A DNA stretch of 64,000 nt from a virus: IMG/VR virus record IMGVR_UViG_3300028840_003906, one strand, 5' to 3'. Positions 45,122 to 55,014 of this stretch are shown in pieces (the stretch's first letter is position 1; each line of letters opens with the position of its first letter). The translations under genes and the position numbers were made by a program. Below the pieces are notes generated by a model. That model ran no database searches, was not told the origin of the DNA, and saw only the letters and a program-made list of their open reading frames with translations.

Positions 45122-46786
45122 ATGGCGTGGCTTGACTGGATAGGTACCTTCTTTTCGAAGGAAAAGGAGCAACAGGTCGCAAAAGAGGCTCGCGGAGTAT
45201 CGGTCGGGACCCCCGGACAGGCGGGGCAGGTCGGTAGCGGAAACCTGGAGTCCGAGCCGGGCTACGGGAATCTTTGCGATTCGCTTGGTGTCGATCAGGA
45301 CCTGATGCGTCGGTATGCCGACTACGAGAACATGGACGACTATCCCGAGACGTCCATGGTTCTTGATCGCTATGCGGACGATTCGACGATTCCGGACTCC
45401 ATTCACAACAAGACGATCTGGTCCATCTCCAGAGACAAGGTTTTCAGAGATCTGATCGATGACTGCATGCACAGGCGCGTGCAGATCGAGGAGGACATCT
45501 GGGTCGCGGTTCGGACGCTCTGCAAGTATGGAAACCTCTTCGGTGAGGTCCTTGTGAACGAGACCGGTGTGGTCGGTATCAACTGGCTGCCGGTTGCCAC
45601 GATGCGGAGAATTGTTGACGAGAAAGGTGCCCTGATTGGGTTCGTCCAGGACATGACGGGGACTTTCAACTTCGATTACAAGGAATCGATCGATGCGTTG
45701 AAGGCCCACCAGCTCCCGGAGGTTCACGACACCGACAACCACAAGAAGGTGACGTTTTTCAGGCCCTGGGAGGTTGTCCATTGGAGGCTGCGCAGCAAGA
45801 TGATGCGCGCTCAGTACGGGTACAGCGTGCTGGATTCGTCCCGGTGGGTTTGGAAGCGTCTGATTCTGATGGAGGACACGGCGCTCGTACAGAAGCTCAC
45901 TCGATCACCTGGAAGGTATGCCTTCTATGTGGACACGGGGGATCTGCCGCCCAAGGAGGCGATGGCTCTCGTCAAGAAGGTGAAGCGGGGTTACAAGAAG
46001 AAGAAGTTGGTGGACCCGAGCACGGGTCAGCTGGATTTCAGATACAACCCGCTCTCTCCGCATGAGGATTTCTGGGTTCCAACCCGTGGGCAGAAGGACT
46101 CGACGAGGATCGAGGTAGTTTCTGGCCCAGATGTTCAGATGATGGACGACGTCGAGTACTTCCGCGAGAAGCTAAGGAAGGCTTCTGGGGTTCCGGACGA
46201 GACGGAAGACGCATCCAAGCCGTTCAGCGAGGGGAATGCACGGTTTGCGCGCGCGTGTATGCGTGTGCAGCGTGAGTTCATGACCGGGATGAGAAAGGTC
46301 ATTAAGGTCCACCTGGCGGCACTGAACATCGATGCCGATTCGGTGAAGTGGCATCTGAAGATGACCATCCCGTCTCCGGTGTTCGAGATGCAGCAGATCG
46401 AAATCATGAATGCGCGGGCGGCCCTTGCTGACTCGATGACTGAGTGGACGACCAAGACTTGGATTCTGCAGCACGTCTTCAAGTTCCCAGAGGACGACGC
46501 AACAGCGATGTCGCGGGACAAGACCGATGAGGTTGACGAGGTCATGAAGCGTGAGGCTGCGACCCAGGCGGATATCATCAGGCTGTACCCACAGTTGCAG
46601 GATATGCCGGTGCCGGAGGGGTCCGAGCCGGTGAAGGAAAGTATCAAGAGTGAGATTGCTGGGCTGAAGAAGATCTATGAAGAGACTAGTCAAAGCTCTT
46701 CAGAGGTGATAAAAAGATTCGAGAGGCTGGATTCGAGATTGGGTCGCGTTGAAAAGACCATCAAGACTTCGGCTATCTCGGGATAG
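45122..46786 (+). CDS. gp20: portal protein (T4 gp20-like)
   Basis: LMEDTALVQKLTRSPGRYAFYVDTGDLP and EDFWVPTRG...TRIEVVSG match gp20 motifs. Confidence 0.93.
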   Translation: MAWLDWIGTFFSKEKEQQVAKEARGVSVGTPGQAGQVGSGNLESEPGYGNLCDSLGVDQDLMRRYADYENMDDYPETSMVLDRYADDSTIPDSIHNKTIWSISRDKVFRDLIDDCMHRRVQIEEDIWVAVRTLCKYGNLFGEVLVNETGVVGINWLPVATMRRIVDEKGALIGFVQDMTGTFNFDYKESIDALKAHQLPEVHDTDNHKKVTFFRPWEVVHWRLRSKMMRAQYGYSVLDSSRWVWKRLILMEDTALVQKLTRSPGRYAFYVDTGDLPPKEAMALVKKVKRGYKKKKLVDPSTGQLDFRYNPLSPHEDFWVPTRGQKDSTRIEVVSGPDVQMMDDVEYFREKLRKASGVPDETEDASKPFSEGNARFARACMRVQREFMTGMRKVIKVHLAALNIDADSVKWHLKMTIPSPVFEMQQIEIMNARAALADSMTEWTTKTWILQHVFKFPEDDATAMSRDKTDEVDEVMKREAATQADIIRLYPQLQDMPVPEGSEPVKESIKSEIAGLKKIYEETSQSSSEVIKRFERLDSRLGRVEKTIKTSAISG

Positions 46787-46795
46787 GGGTGAGAG

Positions 46796-47653
46796 ATGTA
46801 CATCCAAGGTTCTGCGATCGACAAGAAATTCAAAGGGAGTCTGGAGCACCAGGCCCAGCTCATCGGCGAGGCGATTGCTGAGCATTTCGGTGATTCTCCC
46901 GTGAGTGTGCTCGCTACTCAGGCGAAGCATGCGTTTGTTGTGGATGGGTCCGGATCCATTCTGAAGGTCTCCTACAAGGTCGAGGGCAAAGAGGTGAAGG
47001 TCACCCGAGCCAAGAAGACCGACGAGATTCCCGTGATCGAGGACAAGGATGTCCCACGGTTTGTCTCCGATCAGCTGCGCTCTTTGGCGGAGGCTGTGAT
47101 GAGTGGAAAGCCGATGGAACGAACTCAAGTTCGTGAACTCGCGCAGCTCATCGACAAAGACGAGGCGTATTGGGTCTCTGATGTGATCGAGGGGATCGAC
47201 GAGGCTGTCGAGAACGGCACCTGGTTCGGGATGTACGAAGCGAACCAAGAGCAGATTCGGACGACCATGTACGGTCGAATCCGTGAGATTGAGTCTCCAT
47301 TCACTTCCACAAAGTTTTCGAAGATCGCACCGTCGAAGCTCTCGAAGTTCGAGGGTGAACTCCGTGAAGCGGTGAGCGTTTTGTCCGGTTTGGTCAACAA
47401 GGTAGTTGACGAATGCTCAGGGATGGTGTTTGATCAGGATCAGGATGATTTTTTCAGTGCTATCTGTGAATCGTTGAAAGTTGAAGCGCAGGCCATTGGT
47501 GGCTTGCTCGGCAAGGCCGAAAAGTTGATGCGATCTGACGATGTCGGTCGCGTTGCAGAAGCACATGACAGGCTTGCTGAGCGAGCGAAGACAATGGCCG
47601 TCGTGACCGAGTACATGAAGACTAGGTCACAACCAACAGGAGACGAGGAGTAG
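46796..47653 (+). CDS. putative head-assembly protein
   Basis: Lies between portal and protease; GGGGTGAG RBS. Confidence 0.7.
   Translation: MYIQGSAIDKKFKGSLEHQAQLIGEAIAEHFGDSPVSVLATQAKHAFVVDGSGSILKVSYKVEGKEVKVTRAKKTDEIPVIEDKDVPRFVSDQLRSLAEAVMSGKPMERTQVRELAQLIDKDEAYWVSDVIEGIDEAVENGTWFGMYEANQEQIRTTMYGRIREIESPFTSTKFSKIAPSKLSKFEGELREAVSVLSGLVNKVVDECSGMVFDQDQDDFFSAICESLKVEAQAIGGLLGKAEKLMRSDDVGRVAEAHDRLAERAKTMAVVTEYMKTRSQPTGDEE
47119..47134. repeat. 16-bp near-palindrome, copy 14
   Basis: aCGAACTCAAGTTCGt; mid-CDS in the head module. Confidence 0.95.
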
Positions 47654-47657
47654 AAAA

Positions 47658-48725
47658 ATGGCACAGAAGAAGGTCACGACAACCCTCAATGAGGACATGC
47701 AGGTTCTCGGCATCCCGGGTGTCAACATGGCAGAGCAGGCGCGTCTTGGTGGCATCCCTCTGAGCGAAGACAAGGACGAGGGACCGGCCGATGACGAGCT
47801 TCAGGAGATGATGAAGGAAGGGTACAAGGAGGGCATGACGTGCCCGAAGTGCAAAAAGGGCAAGATGTCCAAGCACAGGTGCCCGGACTGCGGATTCGAG
47901 GTCAAGCCAGAGTATCGCCAGGATCCTGGGAAGCAGGTTGCTGCTTCCACGAACGAGGAGGCCGAGGGCGACGATGAGGTTCATCCCCTCGACGCACCTG
48001 AAGTGAACGAGGACCTGTTCACTGCGATCATGGACCTTCCGTTTGACGACATGAAGGCCGAGGACGTGGAGGAGGTTCTGGAGGCTCTCAAGGAGAAGGA
48101 CCTTCCGGAGGATGCTTCTGACGGGCTGAAGGAGCGTGCCGAGGAGGTCGTGGACTTCCTGATCGAGGCTGTGGCGAAGAAGACCCGTCGGGCGAAGGCT
48201 GGATCGATGGCGAAGAAAGCCTCCTTCCAGTGCCCTCCCGGAACCCGGAAGGACCCAAAGGACAAGGCTGGCCGTCGGTGTATCCGCGCCGCGAAGGCCG
48301 CTGGTGGATCAGGCAAGCTCGCCAAGGAGACCCGCAAGAAGGGTCGCTGGGCGAAGTCCGGCAAGGGCAAGAAGTCTGCTCGCAAGTCGTCTCGTTGGGC
48401 TGCCCGTCGTGAGGACATCCAGTCGCCGTTCGCTGCTGAACTGCATGGACTCCTAGAGGATACGCAGGAAGAGATCCAGGAGAGCGTGCGCGACGAGATC
48501 ATCGAGCGCATTGGCGACATCCTGGAGATGTTCTGCGAGGAGTTCAACGATGAGGCCGTGACGCGCGTCTTCGAAGAGGCGTACGAGCCGGTGCTTTCTT
48601 CCATGGAATCCGGGCGTCTGGACGAGGACGTCATGGACGAGGACGAGTTTGTCGCTGAAATCAAGCCACTGGTGACGCTGATCCACAAGTCGATCGAGCG
48701 CATCGGGGCCGACTCGGGAAACTGA
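47658..48725 (+). CDS. putative prohead core protein (acidic and basic blocks; T4 gp67/gp68 position), short isoform
   Basis: GAGGAG RBS; zinc ribbon, acidic blocks and a K/R-rich block; highly biased codons. Confidence 0.75.
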   Translation: MAQKKVTTTLNEDMQVLGIPGVNMAEQARLGGIPLSEDKDEGPADDELQEMMKEGYKEGMTCPKCKKGKMSKHRCPDCGFEVKPEYRQDPGKQVAASTNEEAEGDDEVHPLDAPEVNEDLFTAIMDLPFDDMKAEDVEEVLEALKEKDLPEDASDGLKERAEEVVDFLIEAVAKKTRRAKAGSMAKKASFQCPPGTRKDPKDKAGRRCIRAAKAAGGSGKLAKETRKKGRWAKSGKGKKSARKSSRWAARREDIQSPFAAELHGLLEDTQEEIQESVRDEIIERIGDILEMFCEEFNDEAVTRVFEEAYEPVLSSMESGRLDEDVMDEDEFVAEIKPLVTLIHKSIERIGADSGN

Positions 48726-48782
48726 TAAGTCGTCTCGGCGAGGCGGTGTGGCGTCGTCGCACCGGTACTACGTCGGGACGAC
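48716..48782 (+). promoter_or_regulatory. -1 programmed ribosomal frameshift signal
   Basis: In-frame slippery heptamer G GGA AAC (48716-48722), 6-nt spacer, then a stem-loop at 48729-48782 with a 12-bp basal stem. The -1 frame stays open to 48943. Confidence 0.78.
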
Positions 48783-48947
48783 AGGAGCTGGTTGGTTTTG
48801 AGTCGCTTAAAAAAGCTGCTAGGCCCGATGGCAAGAAAACGGATAGACGAGTCTCCCCGGAGGCCAAGAGGAAACTCGACCGCAATCCGCTTGGAAGAAC
48901 ACGTTTCAGGCGGTGGCGAAGCAAAACCGGCAAGAGAGGGTGATGAG

Positions 48948-50585
48948 ATGCCGAATCTGCTGATTGAATCGAATCCAGTAACCATGACACTCCATGAGAG
49001 TGCCGGTGGTAAGGTGATCGCTCGCGGCGAGTATGGTCGTGTTGGCGTTGCGACTCAGAACGGGCGCATCTACCCCGAGAAGCTGATGGAACGGGAGATC
49101 AATAGGCTGAGTGCCGATCTTTCGAGCCGTCGCGTACTCGGGGAACTGGATCATCCGACGGATGGGAAGACGAGCCTGAAGCGAGTCTCCCACGTCATCA
49201 CCGGTCTCAAGATCAAAGATGGTATCATCATTGGCGAGGCCGAGATCCTCAACACACCTGAAGGGCAGACTCTCAAGGCTCTGATCGAGGCGAAGGTTCA
49301 GATCGGCGTTTCGTCCAGGGGGTTTGGATCCACTCGTCCCTCTGAGGACCCGAAGATGGAAGGTGATGTGGTCCAGGATGACTTCGTTTTGAAGACCTGG
49401 GACTTCGTTGCCGACCCGGCTGTCAAGACGGCCATTCCCGGGATTTTCACCGAGGACGTGGACGAGAACCAGCCTGACATCGCAGAGATGTTCCTGGCCG
49501 AGTTTCCTGACATCGCATCGAAGCTCCAGGAGGACGCTCTCGATCGTGCGAAGCTGAAGGTCAACAAGGGCGTCGAGGAGGCCGTAAAAGAGGCCGAGGA
49601 TCGTGTCCGGGCGGAGTTGTCCGAGAAGTTCGAGAAGGGCCTTGCTGAGGCCATCGTGGACGCCAAGGAGCAGCTTAGCGAGGAGCTGCGCGAGGAGTTC
49701 GAGTCCGATCCGGAGATTGGCGGAGCGAAAGCTGCGCTGTCTGCCATCTGGGAGATGGTTGCGCCGTTCAGGGCCACGGATGATGAGGTAGCATTGGCAG
49801 ACGCGGAGAAGGCACGGGAGCTGGAGGTTTCCGAGGCCAAGGACGCGGCTGTGCAGGCGGAGGATCGTGCGGTTCAGGCCGAGTGCATGGCGTACATCGA
49901 GCGTGAGATCAACGGTCATCCGATGGCGGAGTCGATCCGGGGGTTGGTCAAGAAGGCCAAGTTCGACGGGCTCGACGATGCAAAAGAGAAGCTCGCGGCA
50001 ATTCTCTCCGATCTTCCGGAGAGGACGGACGAGAACTTTGTCTCCCGCGAGGAGGCTGAGTTGCGCGAAGAAAATGCCGCGATGAAAGAGAAAGTATCCC
50101 TCCTCAGTGAGAGGGTGAATTCGCTGGATAGTAAACTGCGGAGAGCTGTAGAGGTTGGTGACGAGCTGGATGCTCAGCGAGTAGATGCTGAGGCTCGGGC
50201 GCATGAGCTGGAGGAACAACTCAAGGAGACATCTTCGAAGGTTGACTCGATGAAGGGACAACTGGAAGAGGCCGACAAGATGTTGGAACTCGAAGCGTAC
50301 AAGCGCGACAAGGTTGCTGGGATGCCAAATGGTAGAGAGCTGAGTAGTCTCCTGGAGGACATCACCTCCAAGGACAAAGTTGATGAGTTGGTGGCGAAGA
50401 GGGGCTATCGGGAGGTCTCCAGTCAGGAGCTGGCCGAGGCGAGGAAGACCCTTGCTCGGGGTGCCGGTGAAAGGCAGGAGGAAGAGAGGCCGCTGGCCGA
50501 AGGAACTGTGTCAACGAGACCGACATCTGACGATCTCGGGAATGACATGTCCTTCATGAAGCGGTTGGCAGGCGTCGGCGAGTAG
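48948..50585 (+). CDS. gp21: prohead protease (T4 gp21/S77-like) fused to a coiled-coil scaffold region
   Basis: GELDHP, GVSSRGFGS and WDFVADPA motifs, then about 370 aa of acidic coiled coil; GAGAGGGTG RBS before ATG 48948. Confidence 0.92.
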   Translation: MPNLLIESNPVTMTLHESAGGKVIARGEYGRVGVATQNGRIYPEKLMEREINRLSADLSSRRVLGELDHPTDGKTSLKRVSHVITGLKIKDGIIIGEAEILNTPEGQTLKALIEAKVQIGVSSRGFGSTRPSEDPKMEGDVVQDDFVLKTWDFVADPAVKTAIPGIFTEDVDENQPDIAEMFLAEFPDIASKLQEDALDRAKLKVNKGVEEAVKEAEDRVRAELSEKFEKGLAEAIVDAKEQLSEELREEFESDPEIGGAKAALSAIWEMVAPFRATDDEVALADAEKARELEVSEAKDAAVQAEDRAVQAECMAYIEREINGHPMAESIRGLVKKAKFDGLDDAKEKLAAILSDLPERTDENFVSREEAELREENAAMKEKVSLLSERVNSLDSKLRRAVEVGDELDAQRVDAEARAHELEEQLKETSSKVDSMKGQLEEADKMLELEAYKRDKVAGMPNGRELSSLLEDITSKDKVDELVAKRGYREVSSQELAEARKTLARGAGERQEEERPLAEGTVSTRPTSDDLGNDMSFMKRLAGVGE

Positions 50586-50619
50586 CCGATCGTCACATCA
50601 ATTTTGAGGAGAATTACTC

Positions 50620-52245
50620 ATGAGTAATCAGGCAACCGAAGCGCGTGCTCTTCTGGAGCAGGCAGGTCCGAAAACCGTTCACGATCAGAGCTACGCTGGC
50701 GCATGCATGGCCAAGTGGGGCGAGCTTCTGGAGGGGATTCCCACCAAGGGCGACAATGGGTACACCAAGAAGGTGACCGCGCTTCTGCTCGAAAACGAGA
50801 TGGAGCACATCAAGTCCTTCACTGAGGACACTCTGTCGACCAACGCTGGCGCGTTCACCAAGTACGTGTTCCCGATCCTGCGCCGGGTTTTCCCGAACCT
50901 GATCGCGAACCAGCTCGTGTCGGTTCAGCCGATGACGTCCCCGGTCTCGGGCATCTTCTACTACGAGAAGAAGTACGACGATCGGAAGGGCACGAAGATC
51001 CCGCAGGGGTCCATCAGCAACAACCCGACCGACATGAACTACGACGGCAAGCTGAATGCCGACGACAACGTCAACCAGAACTTCGCGAAGTACTACAGCA
51101 GCGAGTTCATCGATTACGATGACACCTGCACCGACACCGGAACCAGTACTGCGACCCTGAACCAGGGTTCCGCGAACTGCCGCGTGACCGAGTGGAGCCC
51201 GATCCGTGCGAACGGAACGGCTGGCCAGCGGACCTTCTACGTGAAGGCGTACTACCGCTGCAACGACGCGGACAACGCGAACACCCCGACCGAGGTCATC
51301 GCCACGATGGACGACTCGGGCAACCTGATCGACGACCTGAACCCGTCCGGGACGCAGAACGTCGGTTCCTTCGACGTCACCACAGGAAACTGGGCGATCA
51401 CGCCGCTGGGATCCGGTGGTTCGGCATCGAACTTCACCAACAACACCGTGATCTACTTCCAGTACTTCGTGAACTGGGAGCTGGTCGGCTACACCGATGG
51501 CGCCGAGATCCCGAGCATCAGCCTGGACATCGCTCTGCACACCGTGCAGGCCGAGAGCCGCAAGCTGAAGGCCCGCTGGACGGTCGAGGCTGTCGATGAC
51601 CTGCGCGCCCTCCACGGTCTGGATGCCGAAGCCGAGCTGGTTTCGACGTTCTCCAACGAGGTCATGCTGGAGATCGATCGCGAGATCGTGACCGAACTCA
51701 TCAACGGTGCGGCCCACTCGGCCAACTACACCTACAGCTCGACCACGCCGGGCGAGGTGGAGAGCATCCGCCAGATGGTGACGCAGATCTCCGCGATTTC
51801 CGCTGAGATTCACCGCACCTCCGGTCGTGCTCCGGCCAACTTCCTGGTCGTGTCCCCGGCAGTCGGCGGACTCCTGGACCAGCTCTCGACGCACGGCGAC
51901 TTCGCCAGCATCGAGCAGAACGTCCAGAGCCCGAGCTACGGTCCGCTGACCAGCAACTTCGGCATCGCGCGCATCGGTACGCTGCTCCGCAAGTGGGCGG
52001 TCTACCAGGATCCGTACATGACCGGAGACCAGGTGCTGATCGGCCTGAAGGGGAACAACTTCCTGGATGCCGGTTATGTGTACGCTCCGTACGTACCGCT
52101 GCAGGTCACCCCGACGTTCCTCGACCCGAACGACTTCACGTTCAGGAAGGGCGTCCGGACCCGCTACGCGACACGCATGCTCCGTCCGGAGTACTACGGC
52201 GTGCTCAACGTGAGCGGCCTGCCGACGGTCACCTCCAACCTGTAA
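50620..52245 (+). CDS. gp23: major capsid protein (T4 gp23-like)
   Basis: VQPMTSP, RKLKARWTVEAVDDLRALHGLDAEAEL...EIDREI, YAPYVPL and GVRTRY motifs; extreme C-ending codon bias. Confidence 0.96.
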   Translation: MSNQATEARALLEQAGPKTVHDQSYAGACMAKWGELLEGIPTKGDNGYTKKVTALLLENEMEHIKSFTEDTLSTNAGAFTKYVFPILRRVFPNLIANQLVSVQPMTSPVSGIFYYEKKYDDRKGTKIPQGSISNNPTDMNYDGKLNADDNVNQNFAKYYSSEFIDYDDTCTDTGTSTATLNQGSANCRVTEWSPIRANGTAGQRTFYVKAYYRCNDADNANTPTEVIATMDDSGNLIDDLNPSGTQNVGSFDVTTGNWAITPLGSGGSASNFTNNTVIYFQYFVNWELVGYTDGAEIPSISLDIALHTVQAESRKLKARWTVEAVDDLRALHGLDAEAELVSTFSNEVMLEIDREIVTELINGAAHSANYTYSSTTPGEVESIRQMVTQISAISAEIHRTSGRAPANFLVVSPAVGGLLDQLSTHGDFASIEQNVQSPSYGPLTSNFGIARIGTLLRKWAVYQDPYMTGDQVLIGLKGNNFLDAGYVYAPYVPLQVTPTFLDPNDFTFRKGVRTRYATRMLRPEYYGVLNVSGLPTVTSNL

Positions 52246-52281
52246 AGCAGGTAGGGGGCGTCTGTTGACGCTGTGAACCCA

Positions 52282-52321
52282 GGGGCCGGGTCGGTGGCTA
52301 ACCGGCTCGGCCCTTTTTTTT
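52282..52321 (+). terminator. rho-independent terminator after the MCP gene
   Basis: 13-bp stem gggccgggtcggt/accggctcggccc, 5-nt loop, followed by T8. Confidence 0.9.
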
Positions 52322-52338
52322 GCAAGGAGAAAACCAAA

Positions 52339-52914
52339 ATGAAAACCGGATACATCATGACGAGGCGGTTCAATAGGCCGACGACCTTCCAGGGTACCCG
52401 TATCGTGAAGCGTCCTGGGAATGTGCCGGACGGTATCGAGAGGATCGACATCCCGTTCAAGCCGATGCAGGTCACATACGTGGACGATGACATCGACATG
52501 AGCGCTTCTGTTGAGAGTGGGTGGATTTTCAAGAGTAGGGCGCCGAAGGCTGTAGAGCCAGAGGAGATCCCGGAGAGCCTCAAGGATCTGGAAGAGGAGC
52601 CCGACAAGGAGCCAGAGGATCCAGAGGATGAGGATCCCGGAACGGAAGTGGGCGACGACACGGATGTGGAGGCTGATGCGGACACGGAGACCGACGGTGA
52701 GACCGATGCGGATGCCGAATCCGATGACGATGGCGCGGATGCCGATGACGACACCGACGTGGACGACGTGGACGACGATGATGAAGACGAAGCTGCGTAC
52801 GAGTTGCTCGAAGATGGCAGCTATCAGTGTCTCATCTGCAAGGCTCAGGATGAGGAGAAGATCCTGAAGACCGAATCTGGTATGCTGGCTCATATCGAGA
52901 GCAAGCACCAGTAG
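52339..52914 (+). CDS. acidic protein with a C-terminal C2H2-like zinc finger
   Basis: AAGGAG RBS and ATG 52339; long D/E tract; YQCLIC...AHIESKH. Confidence 0.72.
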   Translation: MKTGYIMTRRFNRPTTFQGTRIVKRPGNVPDGIERIDIPFKPMQVTYVDDDIDMSASVESGWIFKSRAPKAVEPEEIPESLKDLEEEPDKEPEDPEDEDPGTEVGDDTDVEADADTETDGETDADAESDDDGADADDDTDVDDVDDDDEDEAAYELLEDGSYQCLICKAQDEEKILKTESGMLAHIESKHQ

Positions 52915-52926
52915 AGGGGTGGTGTC

Positions 52927-53556
52927 ATGAGGGATTTAATGGAGAGGATGCGGTATCTTTCTGGTGTCAGCCAGGACGGATCGCTCGATGATGTTGTGCT
53001 ATCAGAGGTAAAGCATACGGTTGACGGTAGGACCAAGAACGTTATGACTAATCCGGAGGATGTTCTTGGGGCTGTTCTCAGGAATGCTGGGTTGAATCCG
53101 CGCAAGAATGATGTTCACGAATACGAGTCTGACGTCGACGCTCCAAATGTTGATGCAATAAGGGTTTCGTACTCGATTCTTGGCGGAAGAGGTGGGGCTG
53201 TATCTGGAAAACAGAAGTCGATCGTTATCACGTCGCTTGATCCGGGAACGAACAAGGAGAAGGAGATCTTCCGGGTTGCGTTTCCGAATGCGGTGTACAA
53301 TTCATGCAGGATGCAGAAGACATGGTGGTATGACGGAGAGCCGTCGTTCAAGAATCCTGATGGAGCGAAGAAGGCGATCGACCAGGCTGTGTCTAGTGCT
53401 TCTCGGTTCCTCTCAAGGTACGTCAGCAAGGCAAAGAAGGCGAAGCCGTCTGCGGGTGTTGGTATGCTTGGCAAGGCAATGAAGGCGAATAAAAAACTCA
53501 AACTCGGAATTGACGAAGGTGCTCTCCAGAAGCTCTTCGCCGAGATTGAGAGGTAG
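52927..53556 (+). CDS. hypothetical virion-region protein
   Basis: ORF track; within the structural module. Confidence 0.7.
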   Translation: MRDLMERMRYLSGVSQDGSLDDVVLSEVKHTVDGRTKNVMTNPEDVLGAVLRNAGLNPRKNDVHEYESDVDAPNVDAIRVSYSILGGRGGAVSGKQKSIVITSLDPGTNKEKEIFRVAFPNAVYNSCRMQKTWWYDGEPSFKNPDGAKKAIDQAVSSASRFLSRYVSKAKKAKPSAGVGMLGKAMKANKKLKLGIDEGALQKLFAEIER

Positions 53557-53565
53557 GAGGGGCTA

Positions 53566-54288
53566 ATGCTTGAGCACGAGAAGCGTTTGGATGATGTGGT
53601 TCCGGCTGGGAAGTTTGGCGATGGTGAGGCTGTCGAGGTGAGGACCAAGATGGGGGCCGTCGTGACTTCTGGGCAGGTGATGTCCGTCACTCCGTTCGGC
53701 CTCACTGTCCGAGAGGAAAGTGGCGACACGAAGTTCTACCCGGAGAGGTTGTACCTTTTCGCCTCGCTGGTGGAGGATCCGCCGACTGTTGTGGCGAACC
53801 AGCTGCATGACATGTCTCTCGACGCCCGTGTTCAGGAGAAGTTGAGAACTATGGGGGAGGCCGGTGATCCGACTCCTTCCGAAACTGGCGCGAAGCCGAT
53901 CGATCCGAACGCGAAGCCTGACGAGTACAAGGACAAGGACGGGCGCAAGGATGTCGATATCAAGCAGAAGGGCGACGACGAGAAGGGCAAGAAAGAGCCC
54001 GAGAAGAAGCCTGAAAAGAAGCCCGAGAAGAAGGACGGAGCTGTTGCGGATCCTGAGTCATCGATCGACATGAAGAACCTGCCAGACGATGTCAAGCAGG
54101 CGATCGTGACGACCCAGGATATGGACGAGTCGCAGCTAAATGGTGTCTTGAGTGACATTTCCGACGCGGCCATGAAGGCCCTCAAGCGGACGTCTGTCGC
54201 CGAGACGGAGCTGTACGACGTTGTTCAGAAGATCAACGATGCGTCTTACGAAGTGCTGACTGGGAAAAAGCCGCCCAAGAAGGAGTAG
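53566..54288 (+). CDS. hypothetical virion-region protein
   Basis: AGGAGG RBS; KKPE repeats. Confidence 0.72.
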   Translation: MLEHEKRLDDVVPAGKFGDGEAVEVRTKMGAVVTSGQVMSVTPFGLTVREESGDTKFYPERLYLFASLVEDPPTVVANQLHDMSLDARVQEKLRTMGEAGDPTPSETGAKPIDPNAKPDEYKDKDGRKDVDIKQKGDDEKGKKEPEKKPEKKPEKKDGAVADPESSIDMKNLPDDVKQAIVTTQDMDESQLNGVLSDISDAAMKALKRTSVAETELYDVVQKINDASYEVLTGKKPPKKE

Positions 54289-54291
54289 GTC

Positions 54292-55014
54292 TTGAGGTTC
54301 ACAGAAGCCCAGGTCAAAGAGTGGATTTGCAGGCGACTCGGAAAGGGCGTCATCAAAGTCGAGCTGACCGATGATCAGGTTGACGATGCCGTCAACGACG
54401 CAAAGGAGTGGTGGCAGATGTGGGTGGGGCAGGCGAAGAGCGTGCTCTACACCCTGACGGGGAACACCGAAGTCCCAGAGGCTCTGATTGCGAGTGACAT
54501 CGACTCCGTCGTGGACGTTGTGTTCGAGATCGAGTCGGAGAGTTTTCAGAACCTGTTTGCCTGGGCGGACGTTGAGATCAACCCGTACACGTGGATCTAC
54601 TCCTGTGGCGAGGCCGGTGGGTATTCCACGCTTGTCCAGTACATGCAGTATCGGGAGCTTGCGAAACAAATCACGTCATCGGAGAAAGATTGGGATTGGG
54701 ATCGGGCGAAGCGATCTGTTATCATTACACCGAAGCCGGACGCCGGATCGCGTGTGCTGATCACGTACATTTCGACGACCATGGAGATGAGTTACTTGAC
54801 GAATTATGAGATGAGGGTCTTTCGGAACTACGCGCTTGCGCAAGCGATGAAGACGCTCGCTGTGATTCGGATGAAGTACTCTGGGAAGCCGTCGGCGACC
54901 GGAGAGTTCTCCATGGATGGAGACGCGATGTGGGCAAATGGAGAGGCCCTGGAGGGTGACATGGAAGAGAAGATGCGCCAGCTCCAGGCTCCTGTTGGAT
55001 TCTTTGCAGAGTGA
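54292..55014 (+). CDS. gp13: neck / head-tail adaptor (T4 gp13-like)
   Basis: RRLGKGVIKVELTDDQVDDAVNDA..W resembles the gp13 N-terminus; C-terminal YALAQAM...KYSG. Confidence 0.78.
   Translation: MRFTEAQVKEWICRRLGKGVIKVELTDDQVDDAVNDAKEWWQMWVGQAKSVLYTLTGNTEVPEALIASDIDSVVDVVFEIESESFQNLFAWADVEINPYTWIYSCGEAGGYSTLVQYMQYRELAKQITSSEKDWDWDRAKRSVIITPKPDAGSRVLITYISTTMEMSYLTNYEMRVFRNYALAQAMKTLAVIRMKYSGKPSATGEFSMDGDAMWANGEALEGDMEEKMRQLQAPVGFFAE

Noticed and set aside
48792-48947. Track's longer N-terminus for the prohead protease (start 48792)
   Set aside because: ATG 48948 has a good RBS and starts the protease domain; the upstream stretch is better explained as the -1 frame extension of the preceding gene.
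43068-52245. Inteins or introns in TerL, portal or MCP
   Set aside because: No Cys/Ser-start...His/Gly-Asn-end splicing blocks or frame interruptions were seen; the extra length looks like ordinary insertions.
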